From Hydrolagus affinis (Eukaryota): a stretch of 64,000 bases of DNA. The stretch is taken from the NCBI GenBank assembly GCA_012026655.1, contig JAAILG010000403.1, positions 1 through 64,000 on the forward strand, in the 5' to 3' direction. The notes beneath the pieces were generated by a model, which saw nothing but the letters and a program-made list of their open reading frames with translations, searched no databases and was not told the DNA's origin. Position 1 is the stretch's first letter. Each line of letters begins with the position of its first letter. The translations under genes were made by a program, and so were the position numbers. Below, piece after piece: positions 50,571 to 61,450 of this stretch.

Positions 50571-51469
50571 TAAAAAGATAATCCAAATCTATTAACCGGC
50601 CCGACTGAAACTGCCTTGTGAGAATTGAAATATGCAGCATTCCACAAATTGCCAGAATGCCTTTTACACATTTTAAAACCATTTTCAAGTGCTATAAATA
50701 GTTGGCCTAGTTTGCTGGGAAATTATTGCATGTAGCATTTTACAATTGGATGTTTTATCTGTTTTTAGATTTGTGTATGTGCTCCCCGACAAATATTATC
50801 ACTGAATATCACTGAATCAATATTAAACGAGACTGCAAGCTGTGTCGGTGTGGTAAGATATTGCACTAAGTAAGATAAAGGCACAGACCTCCTCCTGCAA
50901 ATATCTAAATAGGAGCAATTTTTCATGTTGTCTGATTAAAGCAGGCCGGCCGGCAATGCTTGAAGCAAGTGTACCACCAAGTGTATGTTCATATTGAGGA
51001 AAATCCTATTCTAAACCATCAACGCTTTTGTTAATATTTAGTGCCAAGAGAAATGTCACCCTCTTTGTGATAATGCATCTTGTTTGAGCTGGTTGAGACT
51101 TGACTTTATGCTTTGCTCAATGCTTGCCATAAATTGACACAATGTGTTTGCAATTTCAAAGCTAGCACGTTGAAACTTTGGATTGATGTATACTAATAAT
51201 TGCGTTCCAGGGATAATTACATTTTCTCAATTCATTCTGCCTGAGCTCCAATTCCTGCCAATTTTATCAATCTTCCTTTCTGCCGCTTTGTATCTAGTCA
51301 CTGAATGGACTGTTTATTCCCTTTGAGCTGAGTGAACTTACTCTTTGACCTGCTTTTTCCCAGCTGGTGTAAGATGTGGGCAATCCAAGGTTTTAGTAAA
51401 CCAGCATTGCTCACCATCTCATGTAGGGGAGCACTGACAGAGGCTTTATGAGGGATTATGACCTCCTCA

Positions 51470-51640
51470 CCAGCCTCCTAGGCGCCGCTCTCCAACCTCC
51501 TCACTCTCCAATCTGTCACCCGATGCCTCTGCTCGACTGGCACCAGCCTTCCACTCATCCTCGTACTCTTCACCCCACCATCAGAGGGCCTGCTTCTTCC
51601 CCAAACTTTCCTTCTGTCCCTCCACTTTTCCACCTTGGAG
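51470..51640 (+). mobile_element. L2 3' fragment
   Basis: CTCTCCAACCTCCTCACTCTCC..CACCCGATGCCTCTGCTCGACTGGCACCAGCC..CCACCATCAGAGG, paralogous to 49440-49545 (reverse). Confidence 0.75.
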
Positions 51641-51757
51641 GGCAATTGTTGATGTGTCCAGTTCATGCTTTCGGGTGCACGGGAGAAAACTATTCTTCCC
51701 GAGGGAGTGTGATTACATTAACTTACCAGTTCACTGTTCAGGTGGACAATAAAGATC

Positions 51758-51857
51758 NNNNNNNNNNNNNNNNNNNNNNNNNNNNNNNNNNNNNNNNNNN
51801 NNNNNNNNNNNNNNNNNNNNNNNNNNNNNNNNNNNNNNNNNNNNNNNNNNNNNNNNN
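51758..51857. other. Assembly gap (100 N, probably unsized)
   Basis: Run of N; left flank ends in DeuSINE-like GTTCAGGTGGACAATAAAGATC and right flank starts inside a different SINE. Confidence 1.
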
Positions 51858-52023
51858 ACGACTGTGTGTGGGACACTGCTGTGCGCAATTGGCTGCCGCG
51901 ATTCGCCCACAAATATATACAGTCAATTCACTTTACAGTATATTCTGTGAAGCGCTTTGGGACGTTGATAAGATGTGGAAAGCGCTATATCAAATGCAAG
52001 GATTATTATTATTATTATTATTA
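51858..52023 (+). mobile_element. Young tRNA-SINE 3' half
   Basis: CpG-retaining copy GTGCGCAATTGGCTGCCGCGATTCGCCC..AAGCGCTATATCAAATGCAAGGA(TTA)n. Confidence 0.92.
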
Positions 52024-52289
52024 TCTCTCAGGTTCTTCAATCTAATGAATACTTGTGGCCCTTTATTGTGCCTTATACTGGCTATTACTTTTCCCTACAA
52101 AAAACGATCACTACACTTGGCAGTTAAGAGCTTTAAGACATTTAAAGTTTCAGATTGTATACCAAATGTAAGGATTACATCTAGATGATGTCAAATGCCC
52201 CATGAAAATTAAATTAATCTTGTCATTTGCTTTTTCCTTGGTGATTAAACTGTGTTCCTTGGGGGTTCAAATGTTACTCTCCACTCCAG

Positions 52290-52398
52290 TTGATTTGTAT
52301 GCAAAATATACAGTCATTATTCTTTACAGTAAATCCTGTGAAGTGCTTTGGGACGTTCTCCTGATTTGAAATGCGCTGTATCAACTGCAAGGATTATT
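52290..52398 (+). mobile_element. SINE 3' tail fragment
   Basis: TACAGTCATT..TGTGAAGTGCTTTGGGACGTT..GCGCTGTATCAACTGCAAGGATTATT. Confidence 0.75.
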
Positions 52399-52927
52399 TC
52401 TGGTGATTACCAGGCCTGGAGTCTGTAACTACCACTCGTCTGCAGGGGACACCGACACATGCTCATTACTAGACTGCCAGGAAAACCTGATCTTAAACTC
52501 ATCAATAGTCTGCTAGGAAAATGACATATATCCAATAAAGTATCATAAGAAAACTTAGGCAGGCAGAAGAGAAGAGAAAACGCTAACTCATCAGTGAAAA
52601 ATCAATATTGTAAACATAAAAACATGTAATACCTGTCACTCACAGACATTCTCAACACTGACACCTAACAAATTATGACACGAACACTCAAGCTCAAACC
52701 CTTATTTGTATTGTCGCAGTCAAGGGAAGATCTGGACCCAGCAATGCATAGGATTCAGGATTCAAAAGCTGTTACTGCAATAAATCCCTCCAATCTGCTG
52801 TTATGTTTTCTTAGTTTTGGTGAGGGATCTGTACAGATTTAATTAGTTTTAGCTAAAATATTTCAATAATTGGAGAACTGCCTCGGATTTACATAAGTCA
52901 TTTTAGTACATTTAGTATTAATGTACT

Positions 52928-53005
52928 AGAGAACCTGGGTTTGATTCCCGGGCAGGGCGAAACATTGGGCGAGTTTCCTTATTCCACGTGCCTCTGTTTA
53001 CCCAG
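52928..53005 (+). mobile_element. tRNA-SINE 5' fragment, long-centre variant
   Basis: CCTGGGTTTGATTCCCGGGCAGGGCGAAACATTGGGCGAGTTTCCTTATTCCACGTGCCTCTGTTTACCCAG. Confidence 0.75.
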
Positions 53006-55292
53006 GAGAAGAAAACAAGTTTTACAATTCTAAATGGAATTGATTAAGTTGATTCAGATAAATTGTTCACATTGATTAAAGTTGTATAAAAAGTAACAAA
53101 CATTAAAAGTGAGGAAACTAGGAGTGAATGGAAAATTGAGCAAAACAATTTCAGATCAAGGTTAACAGGTGTGTATAATGTACTAGAGATTGTTCCTGAA
53201 TCAATTAGAATTGATATTAAATGAGTTAAAGAGACAATGAGATGAAAAAGATTAAATAGACATAAAACGGTGAGTCTTTTGGATAATATCTTTTGTCATT
53301 GGTGTGCCCTGCATTGTTGTGCTCATTCATTTCATAACAAAAGCAACAACAACTTGAATTATATCCTTCATGCATCTCAGAGCACTTCCCAGTGATGGAG
53401 CCTGATGGAGCCTTCACTTCCTCTCTCTTGATATTCTCCATGTCATAGCATTTCTTACTCATTGTTTAGTATTTTCAGAGGAAAGACATCTGCTTTCACC
53501 ATTTTTAAGTAATCTTCACTTGGCAAACATCATGAAACCTCCTCAATACACATGACACTATAGGGAAATCACTTTCAGTTAGCCCACAGCATGAACTATA
53601 CACAGCGCTAACCCACAGGGGTAGTCAGTGTACTACATTTGCTGCTATAATCCACACAACTACAAGCCATTGATTCAATCAACATCATGTCACACAAAGA
53701 TCCAATAGCAGTATTGGGCTGGGGGTTTGGGAACTAGGAGTCCCAATCGGAGGTCTCGACCTATCATTCTGTCAACTTGTTTATCCTCAATTCCCTATAC
53801 AATTTGCACAGACATTTGTACTTAACTGCTGTCATGGATGAAGCATTTGCCAGTTTTTTGGGGAGTTTTGGAGATTAATGTCGAATAAAATGGTGAATTT
53901 TTTTTATTGTTGGCACTTGGTGTGCAAGGGATATGATAATATCCGCATGTGTGCTCTCAGTAAAATGAGAATCTTTCCTGTAGCCTTTGTTCATGAAGAC
54001 AGTGACTTTCAAATTTAATTACTTATTGAAACTTTTCCAATGAGGTTCTCAATTTACCATTGATCAGATCAAGTACGATCACTCACAAAGCTGCGTCTGT
54101 GGTAGCTCACCCAAGACAGCCTGAGGGAAACAATGTGAAATAACAAATTCCGTATATACCTCTGCTGTTAGATTGCATTCATATAGAAAGAAAATTGAAA
54201 ACAATAATGTTAGGACTAGCATTTGTCATGGTTTCTACTGACCTCACTGAGCTGTGTCTCATTCTATTGTAGTCTTCGAATAGCAAAGGCAATGTTGATT
54301 TACATTTTTTTGAAAAAGCATCAAATATGAAGTTAACTATTGCTGAAATTGCGAAGTTGTTGAGCAGGTAAGAGTATGCAATGATTGAGAACAATTGAAT
54401 GAAAGACCCAGCCTTGATCATTCAGCCTTTTATCGATCTACCTTTTCTCTGTTATCACTGACGTGTGCTGCTGACAGTCATAATACTGTACTTTTGTTTC
54501 ATTTCTAATCCTTCATTTTTAAATTTTTAAGAAAAATCCATAAAAAAGTAAACTTCACCTACATCAAAAATTTAGTTTGCACTAATGTAAAAATCAGATT
54601 CTATCAGCAAAAACTTGAGACCACACCCTGCAAGTACCCTAGCATGTACCCCTAGGATTGCATGTCATAAAAATCTGGTACAATAGTACAACATGTCTAC
54701 AAGATTTGAAAGCAATGAGAATGTTTGTCGAACTTTTGCTGGTGCTGTGATTTCGCTAGATTGGTAAAAAAAAATGTATTATAATACAGTATAATGATCC
54801 TGCAGTTTATGCTATATTCTCAGGATTTCACCATTACGCATTCACCTACAAAGTACACAGTCACTACAATTTACAATGAATCCTGTGGTGCTTTGAGGTT
54901 TACCTCCATCTAAAATTCGATGTTGCAGCTTGAATTTGTATATTAAATGGAACTACTAAATACACGAGTCAGAATCTTGCATCTTTTCCATTTCAAAGTG
55001 GAGAATAGGCTTGAGGAACAAATAGGACCATTTCTGACTGGGTTTTTCATTAAGAGTTAAGGTGCAGGTTATAGAAGGGTTTATTAGATTGCCATTCAGA
55101 TAGCTATTGAGTTATGAGAAAGGAGCAGCATGCAGACAAGGCGAAAAGAGAGGGCAGTCAGCACTACAAGATGGATCTTTGCCAACATACCAAAATGATA
55201 ATTTTTTGACATTCTGTACATACACTAGCGAGACAAGCTTGAAGAATCGACCCCAGTTTTTATTTTATTTGCCTACTGGTTGCTACAATTTC

Positions 55293-55354
55293 AGCGCCTT
55301 GGGACGTCCTCCCGACGTGAAAGGTGCTCTATACATGTAATTTTGTTGTTGTTG
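55293..55354 (+). mobile_element. L2-type 3' tail with (TTG)n
   Basis: Near-identical to 8360-8425. Confidence 0.85.
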
Positions 55355-56084
55355 TACAATGGACCTGAAGAATAAACTCTTATTTCAATGTTAAAAAAAT
55401 ACTTGGACATTTTAGAGAGGGACAATTTGGATCTGAGGGAATACTGTGTCTAGGTTCCCTTCTGTTAGCAATTGGGTTGTGGAGCTCCAGGTGCCTTCCA
55501 AAGAGAATGAGTTATTGGTTGTGAGCAATAAGCTTAAGGATTTTGTGAAGTTGTCCCATAGAATAAATGCACGTACTCTCAGCAGAACACAATCTTACAA
55601 TTGATGTAAGAAGACTGTTTCTGTGAATCTTCTCATTTGTCTTTAGACTCTTTGAAAAATGCTTTTCCTCAAAGTCGTTCTGATTTTATGCTCAGGATAG
55701 CTGATGATTTTGTCTATTACACCAAAACTAATAAGCCCAAGCTGGCTAGCCATAATACTGAGATTCCCAGTCAACGTAACTGAAATATGGTATTGCAGCT
55801 CTCGTGTGAGATTACCTCATGATAGTACTAATAACTAAGTGCAGAAAAAATTCTAATTCCTAACAAAAATATGGTGATGATTGGGGGCTGCAGAGAAAAA
55901 CCATTCCCATTGAGAGAGAATGTACTGTATCAGGAGGCTGTGTTGTGTTACAGAAGTAGCAGAGATGTAGGAGGTTATTTGCCTTCCACTCTCACGAATA
56001 GGATGCACCAAGCAGTAGGAGATATATAAATGGAGACAACTAAGTAATAGTCTTTTCATTTGGAATTTAGGGTTCATTAGTTAC

Positions 56085-56552
56085 TTCTCCAACTGACACT
56101 GATAACAATCGTGATATCTCTTCTACATGGATTGTCCATCTACCTTGGAATTACTCTCTTCCTGGCAGACATCAGCTGTAATATTTCACTTGCGCTGCTT
56201 GACTGTCTGACTATGGATCACTGTCTCACAGTCTGACAACAGCTGGGGTATCCTGCATACACTGACTGACCATCTGTCTGTGGCTTATTGTGTCTAACAA
56301 AAAGACAACAGCTATAATATCTTGACTACATGGACCATCTGTTTGTTGGTCATTGTCCAACTAATCCTGATAACTGGCGTAATATCTCACCTTCACGGAC
56401 TGTAAGTACATATTTCTACATTTAACAGTCTAACAAATAAAGTAATATACCATGTATATGTCCAACCTTCTCTGCCTAGTGGATGGAAACAGCTTGAAAT
56501 AACATGTTTCAATGACACATCACTGTTGATAACTGCAATATCTCACCTTCAC
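56085..56552. repeat. Highly degenerate tandem repeat of about 67 bp
   Basis: GAYAACAGCT.TAATATCT-like anchors at 56101, 56168, 56235, 56304 and 56369, plus an offset copy at 56528. Confidence 0.7.
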
Positions 56553-59500
56553 AATTAGGAATAATAAAGTGTTGAATTCAGTTTCAATATAATGATACAC
56601 TGACCTCCCACCCCCCCCCCATCTCAGTTTCCACTGTGGCCTATAGAAGGAGCTTGGGTGAAGTGTGAAGATTGCAATAACTCTAATGCACGGGCAGATG
56701 TTTACCAAGCAAAGAGCCAAATAAAAGCTTCCTACCAGGAAAAAGTGAAGAACATTTATTTAAGAAAATGGCAGGTAGAAAGCTAAGGCTGAATTATGAG
56801 AATTTTATTTTGAGTCTTCTCTGAAGCATTCCTTTGAGGGTTGTTTGGGTTCAGATCTAAACTTCTCTACAGAGTTTGTATTTCAATAAAAGGCTGTTTG
56901 GTTTCTGTTTGGCTGAACTCAGGTGGCATTAATCATAATTTCAAATGCCCTAGAACCAATGTGTAAGTGGTTAAAAGGGAGAAGATCTGGCTCCTCTATT
57001 ATTTTTAGCTGTCAGGCTATTCACTTTCTTCCTAAGAATATTAACACACGGTAAACTCTAGTGCTTATTCTTGCAGAAACCCTGGGGGCAACAATACAGA
57101 AATACTGTGCATATTGTACCTTAGCAAAGACAACATGTACATAAATAGATCCTAATAGGCAGCATGTGTATGGGCTTTTTTTTTAAAAAAACAGAGTTAA
57201 TACAATATATTAAAATATGTTGCTGGATATTTTAGTGACTGGAGACATTTATTTACCAGTGTTGCCTCTCTCTGGTGCTTTGCACAGTGCCAAGTGTCTG
57301 AGTATCTCAGAGATTATTTGCAATTTGGTCGCTCTTCATCACACCGTACTGCTGAGTTACTCTTCATCACATCATGTTTCTGGGTCACGCTTCATTGAAC
57401 CATATTAAGTAGCAAGTTTACTGTACTAAATAAAATAGCCTTCTCCCAACAATGGCACACAAGAGGCCACAAGTATAGAACACTGGTACCCTAAAATGGT
57501 CTGTTTAATAGGTAGAAATAGATGAGTAAAAATCAAATATAAATGACCGAATTTTATTCCCCATTCCTTCCATAGGTCTTTCACAATTTTAACGTGTGAC
57601 ATAACATGTTATGCTGCCCCATCAATCATTGATAATACTTAAGTAACAACACTCGATTCTTGTAATTTCATAATTCAGCTCTATGCTGTGATTTCTTTTG
57701 TGCCTATTGTTTGTCTCCATAACTCCCACATTTTGTTTATAACATTATTCCGTTTGTTGTCTGCAGTGGGATTTTCATTCTATCTGCTTGTAGAGAATGC
57801 AGAGTAATTAAATGAAGGATCTTTAAAGTTTCTATTAATAAATAGTTTCTTTCCCCAAGGAAACAGAACCTTGGGATGGGCTCAGCCTCTTTGCAACAAT
57901 AACAACAACAGTAACTTGCATTTATATAGCAACCTTCACTCAGGGTTGTGTCTCGGAGTGCTTTAGGGTAGGATATTGTGGTGTATTTTTTTCTGGTGAT
58001 GAAATTGTTAGTGCTGGAAAATCAAACAATCTTCCTTTGTTGGTTCTCATTAAAGCATGGATCGAACCCTTTACTTTGCTTCATTGATTGCCTTGAATGC
58101 CATCCTCAAAGCTTTGTCCAGCAAAGTAACTCTCCTCCAGCTAAAGAGAACCTGAGTTTCACTTAGGAATCAAAATGGCAGACAAATTAACTTTGCAGTT
58201 CTTCTTGTGCCAGGTTCAAAAATGCCTTCTTTAGATTTCCAAATAGTGCGAAATGTGTGTCACCAATCAAATAATGTCAAGGGTTAACCAAAGCGGGAAT
58301 TGCACAGATCATATTTCTTCTCTATATGCAGAAGTAACATAACAACCAATCATTGATGCAAAGCATTCTCACTTTGGGCGAATACAGCAAAATACATGGG
58401 AAATATGCAGGAAAAAAGCTGCATAGTAGACAGAAAAAAAAGCTTCTTCATGTTCTGGGACCACTGCCAATGTGACATTTCCATTTTGAACATCAGCCTT
58501 CAGTGATTGCCAATTCAATGCCAATTTATGATTTTTTTTAACTGTGGATAATTCGAGACAACCTGAATTCATTTCATATGGAACCCTTTTAGTCAACAGA
58601 TAAAGGAATCCTCAATTCTCTATAATTGGATTTGAGCCCAGGTTCCAGGAATGAAGGGATGGTGTGTATAACCTGCCGTGCAAAGCTGCTTTTTATCACG
58701 TTGGTAGCTTAGTAGAGAATTTTAAGGTACGCACAGTGCATAAGTGATCCAAAAATTCTACTGCAACATCGTGCACCAGATAAAGCATGCACCATATTAC
58801 ATCCATACTGGGAAGAACTATCGACTACCCACAATTATATAACACCTTTCATCTCAGGAGGACACACGTTGGTGCCTGTCTTGTATAATATTCAAGGTAA
58901 CATAGGCTGCTTCATTTCGCCCGCAAAGTATACAATTGGTGCACTTTACAATATACAGTATTTTCTGAAGCACTTTGAGACATCTCAATGACATGATAAG
59001 GCGTTGTAAAACCTGTCATTATATTTAATGTCCATATTTATTCCTCTACTCTCTTTTTTTGCGAACGCTGACCTTTGATCCAAAATAGTGCACCAACTTA
59101 TTTGCATTGATGATCTTTAAATCCAAATTACAGTAACCAGTGTATGAAAGAAACAAACAAATATCTGGGAGATAGAAGTTCATAAATTATTTATGTAGTT
59201 CAGGACAGCTTGCTAAACTCATCCACGATGGTTGTTGGGGGCATTAAAATAGATCTCAGCACACCCAGACTGGAGGGAGGAAAAACTGCCAAGTTCTCAC
59301 TCACAGAGAGTGGAATATCTGGTTTCGATATTCGTATGATTGTCAATGCCTGAGTCTTAAGCGTATGTGATTTCCTCTTGGTGCAAAGATTTCCTCTCAC
59401 TGTGGTTTACGCAAGCCCAAGGAGCTGGATGGTTTCCTCTTACTGTGTTTTCCTGATAGGCCAAAATGCTTCTGATTCTTAGGCGAGTGATAATTGCGGT

Positions 59501-60233
59501 AACCTGAGCGAGGTTGTGGAGAATTTGATCAGGTGTGGGAAATGCCACAATGGCAATCAGTGAAGCTTGACCAGGATAGTGAGTGTGGGGGTGGGGTATC
59601 TGTTACAGAACTACCCACACAGGTTGGAATGAGTTGAAGTTTGTGGAGTAGAGTGAGAAAAATCAGCAGGAATCATCTAGAGCCTATCTCTTTTTTACAG
59701 GAGATAAAGATCTTTGATTGCATTTGGAAATGGTTTCACAGGTGCCACATATAGTACAGCACAAAGTAAACATAGTGAAAGCCTGCAAGAAACCCACTAA
59801 AAAAACTAGTTTTCAAACAACCTAACCCAAAGGTCTCTTGAATACCACAGCCTTGGCCAACAAGCTTCACGTATGTGTGAATTTCAGTAAAGCCACAGTT
59901 TAAGTGACGTCACTGACCACTACCGCTTTTCTACCGTAAAAGGGAAGTATGCGTGATTCAAGCAGCCCACTCAAGTGCATCACGAGAATTCCACGTGCTA
60001 TCATTAATTTACCATGTCATCTCCTTCCATTTCTAAAATGGTCAGGAATTCATGCTGAGTATGGTGTGGGGGGGCTGGTAAAGGTTCCATTTTGAATTCC
60101 TGGTAAAGCCATTCTCTGAACTAAGGGTCTAAATGTGTGAAGCAAAGAAACACCCTCAAAGTTGCATCAATTCAGAGAGATATTTGCACTTTGAGTTGCC
60201 CTCTTGATGTGAAAAAGACTTTATCAATGGAAT

Positions 60234-60272
60234 GAGTTCTGATGAAAGATCATTGACCTGAAACGTTAATTC
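60234..60272 (+). ncRNA. Second minimal hammerhead ribozyme motif (partly decayed)
   Basis: Stem I GAGUU/AAUUC; CUGAUGA 60239-60245; imperfect stem II AGAUC/GACCU; GAAA 60260-60263; GUU triplet. Confidence 0.55.
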
Positions 60273-60370
60273 ATTTCCTCTCTCTATGGATACTGCCTGA
60301 CCTGCTGTGTGTTCCCAGTGATTTCTGCATTTATACCAGATTTTCCAGCAGCTGCAATATTTCATGTTTT
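60234..60370 (+). mobile_element. Penelope-derived element, single arm
   Basis: Collinear with 7540-7676: CTGATGA..GAAACGTT..TGGATACTGCCTGACCTGCTG..CAGATTTTCCAGCAGCTGCA. Confidence 0.8.
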
Positions 60371-60789
60371 TTAAATCAACAGAATGATTATTATTATATT
60401 AAAGTGAAAGACTAATTTTGCATTACAGATAGCATCAATATATTAAGAAGAAACCTCTTAATTAGGGGATTGCCTGAGGAGCCAGCCAAGGAGGGAGAAA
60501 AATAATCTGAATTTATGATTAGATTTATACCTAAAATTCATTTTGATCTCATAATAATAAATAATTAAATATTCAATCTCAGACTTTCTCAGTAGCTCAT
60601 CCCTTGGTGACCTGTTTTTCCATTCCCGAAACTGAGGATGCTGATGCAAAATGTGCTTCCAACAATACCCTAGCCAGAGATCCAGTCCATGACTGTCCTG
60701 ATCTCTGTGGCTTTGTTTCAAGTTGGCAATGGCATTAATACCTGAGCCATTGCAGGAACCTAGGAGGAACTCGGGTGTGTATCTGGGGA

Positions 60790-60910
60790 GGACCAGTTTG
60801 CAGGGCTATGGGTGAATGAGATTGACTTTGAATAGCTCTTTTCAAAGAGCCGGTACAGACACGATGTGCTGAATGGCCTCCTTCTGCGCTGTACAATTAT
60901 ATGATTCTAT
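60790..60910 (+). mobile_element. CR1 LINE 3' end
   Basis: TTGCAGGGCTATGGG..ATAGCTCTTTTCAAAGAGCCGGTACAGACACGATGTGCTGAATGGCCTCCTTCTGCGCTGTA..ATGATTCTATG. Confidence 0.85.
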
Positions 60911-61159
60911 GGTTTAGCTGTCAGTGGTGAGATAGGAGGAACTGACACAATTAATACCAATCATTATTTTACTTTCTAAATGGAATATAGGTGGAATTTA
61001 TATGGAATTTTGAGGAACCTGGAGTTTGCTTTAAAACCAGTCCCAAATATCAATACATTAAAAATAACCAGCTGTGCAAGTCACGTCAGACAGCGCTGTT
61101 AAATTCTGCAAACTAGCTCCCCAGACTCTTCCAAATGTTTGAAATCACGGCAAACTCGA

Positions 61160-61345
61160 TGTCGTTCGGATGAGATGTTAAACCAAGGTCCAGTCTGCCT
61201 GTTCAAGTGGATTTTAAAGATCCTGTGGCATGATTTAAAAAAGGGATGGGAGTTTTTCTTTATGTCCTGGCCAACAATCTCCCAGATAAAATTGGTGATT
61301 TATTTTATGGATGTTTGTGGGAAGTTTGCTGTGTGCAAAATACAG
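61160..61345 (+). mobile_element. DeuSINE core fragment
   Basis: TTCGGATGAGATGTTAAACCAAGGTCC..AAAGATCCTGTGGCA..TGTCCTGGCCAAC..TGTTTGTGGGAAGTTTGCTGTGTGCAAA. Confidence 0.8.
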
Positions 61346-61367
61346 TCACTACACTGCACAGTGTACA

Positions 61368-61450
61368 CCAACAACAACAACTCGCATTTATATAGTGCCC
61401 TCCATGCCGGGTGGCATCTCAGAGTGCTTCACAATGGTGGAGCCCGAGGC
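61368..61450 (-). mobile_element. Isolated L2 3' terminus
   Basis: (CAA)n CTCGCATTTATATAGTGCCCTCCATGCCGGGTGGCATCTCAGAGTGCTTCACAATGGTGGAGCC, matching 17309-17390. Confidence 0.8.

Noticed and set aside
51448-52188. 246-aa ORF, the longest in the track
   Set aside because: It spans an N gap and joins L2 and SINE sequence; artefact
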